In this document: piece by piece, positions 7,907 to 17,430 of the stretch
How positions within the stretch are numbered: position 1 is the first letter of the stretch
Layout of the letters: the number at the start of each line of letters is the position of its first letter
NCBI GenBank assembly: GCA_034002465.1
Contig: JAVFAO010000002.1
Span: 30-64,029, forward strand
Direction: 5' to 3'
Length of the DNA: 64,000 bases
Source: Myxococcota bacterium
Lineage (GTDB): Bacteria; Myxococcota_A; Bradymonadia; UBA4248; JAVFAO01
Position numbers and translations under genes: made by a program
The notes under the pieces: model-generated
Database searches by the model: none
What the model was told of the DNA's origin: nothing
The model's input: only the letters and a program-made list of their open reading frames with translations

Positions 7907-8821
7907 TCAAAAATCGAGGTCCACACCGATCCTCGTGCCCACGCGCAGCACATGCCACGGCTCGCCGCCGTCTTCGGGAGGGTGCCACTCATAGCCAAGC
8001 TGCAGCACGATGGTGGGCATGAAGCCAGCGATGCGCGGCGTGACGACGCCTGCGCCAACGGCCACCCGTACGGCTGGCGGCCACTCGAAGGAGTCTGTGC
8101 TCAGCATCGAGAGGGGCGCCAGATCCAGGTCGTAGATCACGGTTTCATCGCGGAACCTGAGCAGGACCGGGAGTGCGGCGAAGGCGGTCGCGCTCAGGGT
8201 CGGGTTGTCGAAGTCATCGAGGGCAAAGGCGCCGCCACCTCCAAACTCGGCTCCTGCGGCCAGCGTCCACGAGGGGTCGAGCCCTGCGCCAGCGAGCAAG
8301 CGCCCAGCGCCGCCACCGCCAAAGCGCAGTGTCCCGTCCCTGATGAACATCGCGCCGCCGCCAGAGCTCTCGGCGAGCAGCACGAAGCGAGCTGCATTGC
8401 CGTGAACACCGGCGAAGTCGGCATCAGGGAGCAGGTAGAAGGGGCACTTCTCTTGGGCCACCGAATCTGCCCAGTCCAACGCCAGCAGTGTCCGCTCGAG
8501 TGAGAGCAAGCGCGAGATTGCCGAGAGCTCCCTCCCCTCTCGCTCCCAAGCTTCACGGGCAGGGCCGCCCTGCCGCTCGATTTCGCCTGACAGCCAAGCG
8601 CGCAGCGCCTGTCGTTGTGCAGGCTCCACCTGACAGACCGACTGCAGCACCGAGGGCGCGAGGTCTTGGATTTCGTACTCGTCGATGAGCCACTCGGTGG
8701 TCTCATGGCTCTGCACGATGATCCTGAGGTCGTCGTAGAGCGCGCGCTGCACGTCGTCCTGGGGAAAAGGACCGCACGCAGCCAGCAGCAGCGCTGCGAA
8801 CAGCGCCGCCACCTTGACCAG
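7907..8821 (-). CDS. hypothetical lipoprotein, possible outer-membrane protein
   Basis: ORF 7907..9232 is over-extended through REP-A copy 2. A lipobox LLLAAC sits at about 8770, so the start is probably CTG 8821 or GTG 8812 (uncertain; the next in-frame ATG is 8923). Gly/Ala beta-rich C-terminal half ends ...GVDLDF (terminal Phe). Confidence 0.55.
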   Translation of the reverse strand: MVKVAALFAALLLAACGPFPQDDVQRALYDDLRIIVQSHETTEWLIDEYEIQDLAPSVLQSVCQVEPAQRQALRAWLSGEIERQGGPAREAWEREGRELSAISRLLSLERTLLALDWADSVAQEKCPFYLLPDADFAGVHGNAARFVLLAESSGGGAMFIRDGTLRFGGGGAGRLLAGAGLDPSWTLAAGAEFGGGGAFALDDFDNPTLSATAFAALPVLLRFRDETVIYDLDLAPLSMLSTDSFEWPPAVRVAVGAGVVTPRIAGFMPTIVLQLGYEWHPPEDGGEPWHVLRVGTRIGVDLDF

Positions 8822-8862
8822 AAGCTGTTGTCGTTGGTGGTTTGGGGAATTGGAATACGATT

Positions 8863-8912
8863 GTGGGGCGCTGCACCACACCCCGCCAAAGGGCTGTGCC
8901 CTTTGGAATCCC
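8863..8912 (-). repeat. REP-A copy 2
   Basis: tgtggggcgctgcaccacaccccgccaaagggctgtgccctttggaatccc has the same double-hairpin consensus. Lies between two minus-strand genes. Confidence 0.85.
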
Positions 8913-9093
8913 TTTGAGTTCATATTATTGCCCGCATAGCTCAGGGCTACTCGAGCACGAGCTCGCATTGCCCGCAAGCGTTGCGCCTCAGTGTGGTTCT
9001 CAGTTGGCGATCGAGCTCTGCGCGAGACGTCGACCTGTGGAAAAACTACGCCCCTACGCCCAGCTTGGATCGAAAGCGAGCGAATGCAATCGC

Positions 9094-11313
9094 TCAGGCC
9101 TTTCGGCGCCGCCGCGAATGGCGCGCATCGAGGCGCCAGAAGCCCAGCGCCAACAACAAGAACCAGAGCGGCATCTGAGCACGTCCGCTGAAGAGCTGAC
9201 AGCCCTCGCCCTTGCAATCGCCGTTCTCGCATTTTTCGTCGCCGCCGCAGCGACGACCGCAGCTACCGCAGTTGTTGTTATCCGAGCTGAGGTTGAGACA
9301 AGCCCCACCGGGACAACAGCTCTGGCCGTTGCCGCAAGAGACACCACAAGCTCCACAGTTGTTGGTGTCCGAGCTGAGGTTGTAACAGGCCGCACTGCCC
9401 CCACCATCGGGGCAACAGTCCTCGCCGCTGCCGCAAGAGACGCCACAGGCACCACAGTGGTTGGGATCGCTGAGCAAATCGGGGGAGCAGCTCCCAGAGC
9501 AGCAGACAGGTGCCGTGCCTACGCAAGGCACATTGCAAGCCCCGCAATGCTCGAGGCTCTGGTTGCCATTGTGGCAGGTGGCACCGCAGCAGATGTGGTC
9601 CTGTGGGCAGGCTTGACCGCAACCACCGCAGTGGCTTGCTGAGGTCTGAAGGTCGGCGCAGTCCTCGTCGGCACAACACACCAGCGGAGAGACGCAGTCG
9701 GTGCAAACGCCGCAGCCCTGGCGGCAGACACCATCACAGCAGGCCCACCCGGCCTGGCAAGGAGTGTTGCACCCCCCGCAGTGCATCACGCTGTTCCGGG
9801 TGTCCACACAGACGCCGCCGCAGCACTTGCTTCCGGGAGCACAGGGCGTGCAATTCTGGCAAGCCTGATCGGTGCCAAGCGTCTTGCATTGCCCACTGCA
9901 GCACATTTGATTGCCAGCGCAGGGGGTCCCACAAGACCCGCAATGCGCTTCGTCATCGCTCAGGTTCACGCAAGCATTTCCACAATCAACCAGGTTCTCG
10001 GGGCATAGGCACTGACCATTGCTGCAGGTCTGGGTCGGCAAACAAACATTGCCACACGCCCCACAATTGTTGCTGTCGGCCAAGACATCGACACAGGCCC
10101 CACCACAGCAGTCCTGGCTCGAGCTGCATCCGTTGTAGCAGCTCCCGCAGTGATGCCGGTTGCTCTGCAGCTCCTCGGGCGACAAACACGTCCGTTCACA
10201 GCACAGAGCCCCGTCGGTGCAGGTGGTCCCGCACGCACCACAGTTGTCGTTGTCGTCCTTGACATTGACGCACACGCCATCGCAGTTGTTGGGCAGCTCT
10301 GCAGGACAGCGACACAAGTCGTACTCACAGACCATGTTCGGGTCTGGGCACATGCGGCAGCCTGGGCCACAGTGCTCAGTGGTGCTCTCCACGCACTGGT
10401 CTTGGTCCGCAACGTTGCAGCAGTAGGTCCCTCCTTCGCAGCGCTCGGTTCCGCCACACAGGCAGGGCTCCCCCTCATTCAAACAGCTCCCCAGGACGCC
10501 GCCATCCCCTGCCGCATCGGCACAACAATAGGTATTGGGCTGCGTGCAGAATGGCCCCTCGGCACCAGGCTGGTCACCACAGGTGCACTTCCCCTCAAAG
10601 CACACTTCACCTTCCCCGCACTCCACCCCACAGCCACCACAGTTGTAGGGATCCTCCTGCAGATTGAAGCAGATGAAGTCGTCGTTTGTGGGGTCGGTGT
10701 CTTTTCCAAGGGGATTTTCGCAACACTCCTGGGGCGGCACACAGTAGCCCTGTCCACAGCTACACACCGCTTGGTAGCAGTTGTAGTCGCAGCGCGTTTC
10801 GCAGTTTCCACAGTGTTCTTTGTTACTGAGCAGGTCGATGCACTTCTCTTCGCCACAGGTCTCAGTGCCTGCCGGACAGGTGCAAGCTCCGCCTAGGCAA
10901 ACCTCTCGTTCGCCACAGGGGTTGCCGCAGACCCCACAGTTGCGGGCGTCATTCTTGAGGTTCACGCAGACACCGTCGCAGCACTCCTCAGCGCTGCAGT
11001 AGGCGCAGGTCTCGGGCTTGTCGTCCTCGACGTCGAGCTCGAGCTCACTGTCCTCGACGCTGTCGAGCTCGGTCTCTGCCTCCTCGGTGTCGATTTCGGC
11101 GTCCCCCTTGGCCAAGCACACATTGAACTCGAGGTTGCAGTATTCGAAGTCAGCGCACTCGCTGTCGCTCGTGCAACGCTTCATCGCGCTGGCGTCGAAA
11201 GTACACCCTGCAACGAGCGAAAGCAGCAGGAGCGAGAGCAACAAGCCTCCACGTCGAGCCAGGTGCCAGAAAGCCAGTTGGAATGCGAATATGGCCTGTT
11301 GCTTCTGCTTCAT
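9094..11313 (-). CDS. large Cys-rich repeat lipoprotein (Stig1-like CxxCG repeats) with MYXO-CTERM-like C-terminal anchor
   Basis: MKQKQQ...LLLLSLVAGC lipobox. More than 12 repeats of the type CC.G.CV.L..D..NCG.CG..C. The C-terminus GCQLFSGRAQMPLWFLLLALGFWRLDARHSRRRRKA resembles a MYXO-CTERM sorting signal. Confidence 0.8.
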   Translation of the reverse strand: MKQKQQAIFAFQLAFWHLARRGGLLLSLLLLSLVAGCTFDASAMKRCTSDSECADFEYCNLEFNVCLAKGDAEIDTEEAETELDSVEDSELELDVEDDKPETCAYCSAEECCDGVCVNLKNDARNCGVCGNPCGEREVCLGGACTCPAGTETCGEEKCIDLLSNKEHCGNCETRCDYNCYQAVCSCGQGYCVPPQECCENPLGKDTDPTNDDFICFNLQEDPYNCGGCGVECGEGEVCFEGKCTCGDQPGAEGPFCTQPNTYCCADAAGDGGVLGSCLNEGEPCLCGGTERCEGGTYCCNVADQDQCVESTTEHCGPGCRMCPDPNMVCEYDLCRCPAELPNNCDGVCVNVKDDNDNCGACGTTCTDGALCCERTCLSPEELQSNRHHCGSCYNGCSSSQDCCGGACVDVLADSNNCGACGNVCLPTQTCSNGQCLCPENLVDCGNACVNLSDDEAHCGSCGTPCAGNQMCCSGQCKTLGTDQACQNCTPCAPGSKCCGGVCVDTRNSVMHCGGCNTPCQAGWACCDGVCRQGCGVCTDCVSPLVCCADEDCADLQTSASHCGGCGQACPQDHICCGATCHNGNQSLEHCGACNVPCVGTAPVCCSGSCSPDLLSDPNHCGACGVSCGSGEDCCPDGGGSAACYNLSSDTNNCGACGVSCGNGQSCCPGGACLNLSSDNNNCGSCGRRCGGDEKCENGDCKGEGCQLFSGRAQMPLWFLLLALGFWRLDARHSRRRRKA

Positions 11314-11384
11314 CACCCCACCCTGAGCGCAGTTGAAGTCACGCTCGGCTCTCCCTCAGGTCGCTCAACGCTGCTCATCAGCTC

Positions 11385-11430
11385 GACTTCTTGTCGATTG
11401 GGCACTTGGCCTGTTCCCCCAAGTTCAAGG
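11385..11430 (-). repeat. 36-nt repeat family (B), single copy
   Basis: cgacttcttgtcgattgggcacttggcctgttcccccaagttcaagg. Overlaps the slyD stop region, upstream of the Cys-rich gene. Confidence 0.8.
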
Positions 11431-11919
11431 ACGACACGCGGCACAGCCATTGTGCGCATAACCAGTCTGCAACTCGTCATCCGTGGCTGGTCGAATGGCG
11501 ACGACTTTCACATCGAAATACAGGGTTTGTCCGGCCAGCGGGTGGTTGGCATCGACGTAGACGGTCTTCTCTTCGAGCGCCGTCACCCACAGCGGAAAAG
11601 GATGTCCATCATCCGAGCGCGCCATGAACTTGTAACCCACGACGAGCTCAATATCGGCAGGGAACACGTCACGCGGCACCGCCTGCGGCTCGCCGTCACG
11701 CAGGCCATAGGCCTCCTCGGGCGGCACGGCGATACGCAGTCGCTGCCCTAGCTTGGCCCCTGCGAGCTGCCGCTCGAGGCCAGAGAGCAAATTGCCCGCT
11801 CCAAAGAGAAAGCGCAGGGGCTCCTCGGGCGGCGTCTGGTCGATCACGCGACCATCGGCGTCGGAAGCGGTGAAATCCACGCTGACCACACAACCTTCTC
11901 GTACCACATCAGTGTTCAT
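11425..11919 (-). CDS. slyD: FKBP-type peptidyl-prolyl cis-trans isomerase, SlyD-like
   Basis: 164 aa. VVSVDFTASDADGRVIDQT, LRFLFGAGNLLSGLERQLAG, PPEEAYG, an IF-domain-like insert, DANHPLAGQTLYFDVKVVAI, and a Cys/His-containing tail. Confidence 0.8.
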   Translation of the reverse strand: MNTDVVREGCVVSVDFTASDADGRVIDQTPPEEPLRFLFGAGNLLSGLERQLAGAKLGQRLRIAVPPEEAYGLRDGEPQAVPRDVFPADIELVVGYKFMARSDDGHPFPLWVTALEEKTVYVDANHPLAGQTLYFDVKVVAIRPATDDELQTGYAHNGCAACRP

Positions 11920-11928
11920 AGCTCTGTT

Positions 11929-14808
11929 TCAGTCTCTTGACGAGGCTTGCGCTCGGTGCGCCGCAGCGCGGCGCCGACGAAGCAACGCGAGCCCCAAGCT
12001 CAGCGCCAACACAACGGCCCACCCAGGGCGCGTTGCCTGCGTGCCAAGCACGCAGCCACAACCCGACTCGACCTGCGGCTGCAACGCCTCGGGCTGCAGC
12101 TCGCCTTCTGCCACATCCTCTGCAGGCTCGAGCTCAGCACCCTCAACGGTATCAAGCTCTTCACCATCCTCCACAGTCTCAGGCGACGCCTCCACCAGCT
12201 CGGCCTGCTCCAGCTCCTCGAGCTGCTCGACAGGTTCCACCTCATCCAGCTCCTCGAGCTCCTCGTCCTCGAGGAGCTCTTCCTCACAGACTTCATGCGA
12301 AGCCAGCGCTGGATTCAACAAGAGCGCAGAGAGAGCGCTAATCAAGGCCTTCCGCTGGCTCGGCTCGGCCACGCTCTCCAGCGGGAAGCCCACATTGATC
12401 ATTAGCCCACCCGCCGCCTGCACCGCCGCAGCGCCGCCGCCAGGGTAGTAGAGCAGCACGCTGCCACCGGCGAGGGGGGCGAGCACATCGGGATACTCCA
12501 CGCAAACCGCGTCGGCAGAGCAATCGCCGAAAGCGAGCGCCGACGGGAGCGATAGAGAGCTGGCGTCGACAGTGGTGCTGTTCGCGTCGTCATCAACGAA
12601 GCCCACGCCCAGCACCTGCTCGACGAAGAGGCGGTCTTGCTCGCCCGCCTGCGTCGCCAGGTGCCAGTAGAGCTCGGCACCACTCAAGAGGACGGGCACC
12701 TCTTGCTCGCGCAGCGCACGCAGCGCGCTCTGCTCGGCCGCGTCCAGCGAGCCATCACGCACCGAGGTCTCGCCAGTGGCCCAGACCACGAGGTCATAGT
12801 CCTGCGCTGCGGTGACCTGCGCGACCAGCTCGTCGGTGCAGGTGTCGATGCCGGCACCGGGCAAGGCGTCGGTGAGCGCTGGGCCGTAGATTCGGGCGTA
12901 GCTGCGGAGGTTGTTGGGGTCCTGCACCTGCTTGACCTCGCGATCGACGCCGTCGACGTAGAGGATGCGAGCGCCACCAGGGTGTGGGCGCTGCGCCACG
13001 AGCACCGCTGAATCGAGGCTCTCGCCGGCCTGGTTGAAGGCGCTGAGCTTGACGTAGAGCGGCGCGCAAGCGTCGAGTGGCAGCAGGATGCTGGTCTCGC
13101 TGGTCTCGACGGGGTCGCCGAAGAGCTCGCCGTCGTTGGAGCGATAGATACGGTAGCCGCTGGCCTCGGCTTGGGGCGCGAGCGCGTCGCTGCGGGGCTG
13201 CCAGCTCAAGCGCAGCCCTGCGGGCTCGACCTGGGCGGAGATGGCTTGCGGCGGCAAGGGGGGCAGGACGGCGTCGGGGCCACCGTAGAAGCGCAAGACG
13301 GCGACCAGCATGCCGCGGGCGATGTCCTCGCGGAAGCCCTGCTCCCTGATGAGCCGAGCGTCGTAGGCGGTGTCGTGGAAGGCGAACTCCATCAGGGCCG
13401 CAGGGATCGCCATGGGCGGGTCGATGTGGTGGGTGTTCACATCCTCGTACCAGGCGTTGCGAATGGCGCGCAGCTCCCCGAAATCGGCGCCTTGCAGGTT
13501 GGAGCCCATGGGCCAGTTGGCGTCGTAGCGGGCGCGCACGCGAGCGACCACCTCACGCTGCAGGCCCTTGGCGAGCTCGTAGGTGCCAGGGGGCAGGTTG
13601 GATGTGGCGTGGCCAGCGGCCCACGAAGGTTCGGAGACGTACATGGTGGGGTACCAGACCCAGGTCGAGGTGCCTGAGCTGTTGCAGCAATTGGTGTGCA
13701 TGCCGAGGTACATGTCGACGCCGCGGTAGATGGCGTAGAGCGGCCTGCTGGATACGTCGCCGACCTTCATCCACGCCGGCACGTCGAGCCACTGCAGGTA
13801 GGTGGCAGCAGACTCGGCCCAGCGCGCTTGGCCCGAGACCTGGCCACTGCCATTGGGCACCTCGCCCAGGCCGCCGCCGATGCGGATGGCGTCGGCGATG
13901 ACCACCTGCTCGGGGTCGAGGCCTTGGTTACTGAGCTCGACGCGGTAGCTGGTGTTGGCGCGGAAGGGGTAGCTGCCGAGGTAGCGCCAGAGTGCGGCGG
14001 GCTCGCGGTTGGCGTTGGAGTGGGGTGGGGTGTTGGGGTAGACCGCGGTGGCCCAGGTCTCGACCAGGACATCGGACTGGTCGAGGCTGCCCTCGCTGCG
14101 TCCAAAGGCATGCTCGATGGCGAATTGGGCGGCAGCGCTGCGGTTGGTGCCGGAGAGATAGAAGGCGTAGACCGGGTAGACGCCGCTCTCGGGGAGCTCG
14201 AAGCTCCAGGCGGCGCGGGCGTCGGCCTCGGCGGAGAGGTAGGCATAGCGGTAGCCGCCCTGGAAGCCAGCCGAGGCTCCATCGGCCCAGGTGCCGCTCT
14301 CGCTGTAGCCAGGGCCGCTGTTGTCGAGGACGACGGCGTGCTCCTGATAGCTGCGCTCACGCACGTTGATCACCTCGGCGCCAGCGCGCTCGAGCATGGG
14401 GATGAGAAAGTCGATGGCCCACTGGTTGTTGTGGATATCCTCGCGCAGGTTTTGGGTGAGGTCGCGCTGCCAGCCCCAGGAGCCGTTGTCCTGGATGGTG
14501 ATGCCGTGCCCTGGGCTGAGCGCGATGCGCTTGCCCGAGAGCGCACCGGGTCGCGCAGGTTGGAGCTCACGGGCGAAGGCGTTTCGACGCGCTGCGCGGC
14601 CGTGCTCGACAGCAAGGGAGAGCAGCGCCGGGGAGAGGTCCTCACCCATGACGCTGGGGTCACGGACAGGACAGTATGCATCCGGCCGTTGCAGCGGCTC
14701 GAGCTCGAGCGGATCGGCGTAGAGGACGGGCACGGACAAGAGCAAGAGCAGTGGCGCGACGCCAACCAGACGAAGCGAGCGGGCAAAGCGCGTACGGAGC
14801 TTGGGCAC
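11929..14808 (-). CDS. secreted N-acetylmuramoyl-L-alanine amidase (Amidase_3)-domain protein with FN3-like domain, acidic region and MYXO-CTERM
   Basis: ORF 11929..15225. GTG 14808 follows AAGGAGG and gives the signal peptide PKLRTRFARSLRLVGVAPLLLLLSVPVLYA (alternative ATG 14880). IALSPGHGI, NLREDIHNNQWAIDFLIPMLERAGAEVINVRE, GMHTNCC, ALMEFAFHD. C-terminus GCGC...WAVVLALSLGLALLRRRR. Confidence 0.8.
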   Translation of the reverse strand: MPKLRTRFARSLRLVGVAPLLLLLSVPVLYADPLELEPLQRPDAYCPVRDPSVMGEDLSPALLSLAVEHGRAARRNAFARELQPARPGALSGKRIALSPGHGITIQDNGSWGWQRDLTQNLREDIHNNQWAIDFLIPMLERAGAEVINVRERSYQEHAVVLDNSGPGYSESGTWADGASAGFQGGYRYAYLSAEADARAAWSFELPESGVYPVYAFYLSGTNRSAAAQFAIEHAFGRSEGSLDQSDVLVETWATAVYPNTPPHSNANREPAALWRYLGSYPFRANTSYRVELSNQGLDPEQVVIADAIRIGGGLGEVPNGSGQVSGQARWAESAATYLQWLDVPAWMKVGDVSSRPLYAIYRGVDMYLGMHTNCCNSSGTSTWVWYPTMYVSEPSWAAGHATSNLPPGTYELAKGLQREVVARVRARYDANWPMGSNLQGADFGELRAIRNAWYEDVNTHHIDPPMAIPAALMEFAFHDTAYDARLIREQGFREDIARGMLVAVLRFYGGPDAVLPPLPPQAISAQVEPAGLRLSWQPRSDALAPQAEASGYRIYRSNDGELFGDPVETSETSILLPLDACAPLYVKLSAFNQAGESLDSAVLVAQRPHPGGARILYVDGVDREVKQVQDPNNLRSYARIYGPALTDALPGAGIDTCTDELVAQVTAAQDYDLVVWATGETSVRDGSLDAAEQSALRALREQEVPVLLSGAELYWHLATQAGEQDRLFVEQVLGVGFVDDDANSTTVDASSLSLPSALAFGDCSADAVCVEYPDVLAPLAGGSVLLYYPGGGAAAVQAAGGLMINVGFPLESVAEPSQRKALISALSALLLNPALASHEVCEEELLEDEELEELDEVEPVEQLEELEQAELVEASPETVEDGEELDTVEGAELEPAEDVAEGELQPEALQPQVESGCGCVLGTQATRPGWAVVLALSLGLALLRRRRAAAHRAQASSRD

Positions 14809-14968
14809 GACCGGGTCCTCCTTGGGAACGCCAGCGCCTCGCCCGGCGTCTTTTGGAGTATGGCAGAATTGCCGCGCCATGTCAGGCGAGAGCTGCCGCT
14901 CGCTCACATTTGTGCTAGCCTCTCGGTTGGGGCATCGACAGGCGCTGATACCGACGCAGGGAGGCAGC

Positions 14969-15430
14969 ATGAAGTTGGCCGAAGCATTGACGATCCGCGC
15001 GGATTTGCAGAAGCGCCTCGAGCAGCTCAAGGCGCGGATGCTGCGAAACGCCAAAGTGCAGGATGGCGACACACCTGCCGAGGAACCACAGACGCTCCTG
15101 GCAGAATACGAATCGGGGGCCAGCGAGCTGGTCGAGCTCATCGTGCGCATCAACCTCACCAACGCCAGCGCGACGGTGCTGGGCATGCCCATGACCGCCG
15201 CCCTGGCCGAGCGAGACATGCTCAAGCAACGCCAAGCCGTCTACCGTGACCTCGCCCAGGCTGCCACCATTACCCAAGCGGTCAGCACCCGCTCCGAGAT
15301 TCGTTTCCGCAGCACCGTCTCCGTCGCCATGCTGCAACAGGAGGCAGACAAGCTGGCCAAAAAACTGCGCGAGCTCGACGCCCGCATCCAGGAGCAGAAC
15401 TGGATGATCGAGCTGCTCGAGGCGCACTGA
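14969..15430 (+). CDS. DIP1984-family protein (small coiled-coil cytoplasmic protein)
   Basis: ATG 14969 follows GGGAGG. MKLAEALTIRADLQKRLEQLKARMLRNAKVQDGDTPAEEP and the overall 153-aa helical pattern match my memory of the DIP1984 family. Confidence 0.65.
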   Translation: MKLAEALTIRADLQKRLEQLKARMLRNAKVQDGDTPAEEPQTLLAEYESGASELVELIVRINLTNASATVLGMPMTAALAERDMLKQRQAVYRDLAQAATITQAVSTRSEIRFRSTVSVAMLQQEADKLAKKLRELDARIQEQNWMIELLEAH

Positions 15431-15733
15431 GCGCCCCCTCGTGCTGGTGGCGAGTGCGAGCCCGCCGGCGGGCCAAGGCCGGCATGGTTGGCGGAAGGGG
15501 CTTCGTCAAGCAGGTTCAATTCCCGCACCCACAAGGCATGCCCAGCACCACCGACCATGTACTGCGCAGGTCAACAACGCACGACCACGCACTGAACCAG
15601 GCGAGGGGGTTGCACCCGGCGCGGGAAGGCGCAGACCCAAACGTGGGGCCGACTTCCAGCCAGCCGACCGAGGCCTTGGGCATCGTGCACGACACCGGGG
15701 TCAGGACTCGCACGAGGTGTATGCAGAATCCAT

Positions 15734-15762
15734 GGAGGGCGCACACGCAGGTGCGCCCCTAC
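15734..15762. repeat. REP-D hairpin copy 2 (GGAGGGCGCAC-acgcag-GTGCGCCCCTAC)
   Basis: 8-bp GC stem. Preceded by tgcagaatc, as in copy 3. Lies between convergent genes. Confidence 0.6.
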
Positions 15763-15862
15763 AGGTCAATATTGCGAATTCCTTATCTCTCTCTCCTCTG
15801 CTCTCCTCTGCGCTGCTCTGCCAGCTCGGCGGTTGAAATCCCCTTTCTCTTTGAGGTGCTCG

Positions 15863-17374
15863 TCAATCTTCGAGCTGGGTGAGTTGGTTGAGCCGCTCGG
15901 AGAGCCCTTCGCGAATACTGCGGGCGCGTGCGTTGTCGAGCTGAAGGTTGCGGGTAGCCGTGAGCAGCCGCACCAGGAGATCGCAACCCACCAAGGTCAT
16001 CAGGAAATACTTGGCCACGAAGTCGACGCTCATCTGCAGCAGACTGAAAGGACTCACGAACTCGAGCGCCTCGATGAGAGGCGAGTTGAAGACGAAGACG
16101 AGCAGCACCACCGCCGCGGCCAGGGCCAAGCTCAGCGCCAGGATGCGTACCCCGCGCACCGCGGGAAACACCTCCTCCGGGGCGAGTGGAGCGGCGAGCT
16201 GCTTGGCCTTGAGCAGATAGGCGAGGGGTGAGGCCGCGAGCAGCAGCAGGCCGAGCAGCATCAGAACATCACCAGCCATCTGGTTGAGCAGCGCGAAGAA
16301 AGCAAAGATGAGCATGACATAGAATACAGGCACCACAATGCTCACCCAGCCGGGAACAGGGCTCTGAGGCAGCAAGGTCTTGGTGTACAAGCCAGCGCGG
16401 ATCATCGCGGGAAAGATGGTGAGCACCGCCGGGGCAAGGATGACGAACATGTACAGACCATAGCCCAAGCCAATCTCCAGCTCCAGTCGGCTCATGAGCT
16501 CCTTGAACACACTCGGATCGATGGGCATGCCCAGGACATGGCTTGGTGGATCCACCTCGGCCAGGAGCAGGCGAATGGGCAGCAGCGAGATGAGGAAGGG
16601 GAGCAGAAATCCTATGGTCCAGCTCGCCAGCAGGAAGCGTCGTGACAGTTTGTGTCGGGACCAGAAGTGCAGCGCCAGCACGGCCAGGGAAAAGGAGATG
16701 ACGATCGCCACGATGCTGAGGAGCTTGATCATGGTGACGCCGGCGATCATTGGCTCGGTGCTCTCTTCGACGAGCGAGACCATCTCGCTGGCGAGCGCGG
16801 GGTGGAGCTGTTCGACGGGGAGCTTGGCGAGCTCCTCCTTGAAACGGGGCACGAACTGGGAGAGCTCGTAGATGTCGAGGAAGGCGCCGATGATGGAGAA
16901 GAGCGCCGTCAGTCCCAGGGGTACGATCATCAAGACCATGGCCGAGCGACGCCAGACCATGTAGCTCTGGGCGCATTGGCCCCGGACCTCACAGGCGTCT
17001 TCGAGGAACACCCGCTCGGGTGTGGAGGCGAGGGCACCGGCGAGGTTGCCTCTCAACACGCGCCTGAGGTGGGGAATGATGTTCTTGAGATAGTTGACGA
17101 ATCCTCTGGTCGCGACGTTCTGGATGAAGGCCAGATCGCTGGCCAGTGGGCTCTTCGACTCTGGACGGGCGTCATGGAAGGGCGAGTCGAAGGCGACCGT
17201 CTTGGGCGCGTCCTGTGCAGAGGGCAGAGGCTGCTGCGCTGGCTGCTCTGAAGCAAGGCGAGCAAACTCGGGCTGCGTTGCCCCCGCATCGCCAGCGTTT
17301 GGATTGACTTGGGCACCGCCCCCCGTCGATGACGCGTGGAGCTGCGCCTTTTCGTGTGCCTCTTGTGTCATCAT
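15863..17374 (-). CDS. polytopic inner-membrane protein, unknown function
   Basis: 503 aa. AGGAGG upstream of ATG 17374. Disordered N-terminal ~90 aa followed by about 8 hydrophobic helices. No family recognised. Confidence 0.65.
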   Translation of the reverse strand: MMTQEAHEKAQLHASSTGGGAQVNPNAGDAGATQPEFARLASEQPAQQPLPSAQDAPKTVAFDSPFHDARPESKSPLASDLAFIQNVATRGFVNYLKNIIPHLRRVLRGNLAGALASTPERVFLEDACEVRGQCAQSYMVWRRSAMVLMIVPLGLTALFSIIGAFLDIYELSQFVPRFKEELAKLPVEQLHPALASEMVSLVEESTEPMIAGVTMIKLLSIVAIVISFSLAVLALHFWSRHKLSRRFLLASWTIGFLLPFLISLLPIRLLLAEVDPPSHVLGMPIDPSVFKELMSRLELEIGLGYGLYMFVILAPAVLTIFPAMIRAGLYTKTLLPQSPVPGWVSIVVPVFYVMLIFAFFALLNQMAGDVLMLLGLLLLAASPLAYLLKAKQLAAPLAPEEVFPAVRGVRILALSLALAAAVVLLVFVFNSPLIEALEFVSPFSLLQMSVDFVAKYFLMTLVGCDLLVRLLTATRNLQLDNARARSIREGLSERLNQLTQLED

Positions 17375-17430
17375 CGCCTCCTGCTGTCAGGCTCTTGCCT
17401 CGCTCTGAGTTGCGCAGTGAGGCTCCATGA

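Noticed and set aside
15495-15530. A tRNA-like T-arm (GCAGGTTCAATTCCCGCACCCA) in the 430-nt spacer after the DIP1984 gene could be a tRNA gene or an att-site remnant.
   Set aside because: I could not find a complementary acceptor 5' strand, a D-arm or an anticodon arm in the preceding 80 nt. The T-stem has an A-C mismatch. A degraded tRNA 3' fragment cannot be excluded, but I cannot support a feature.
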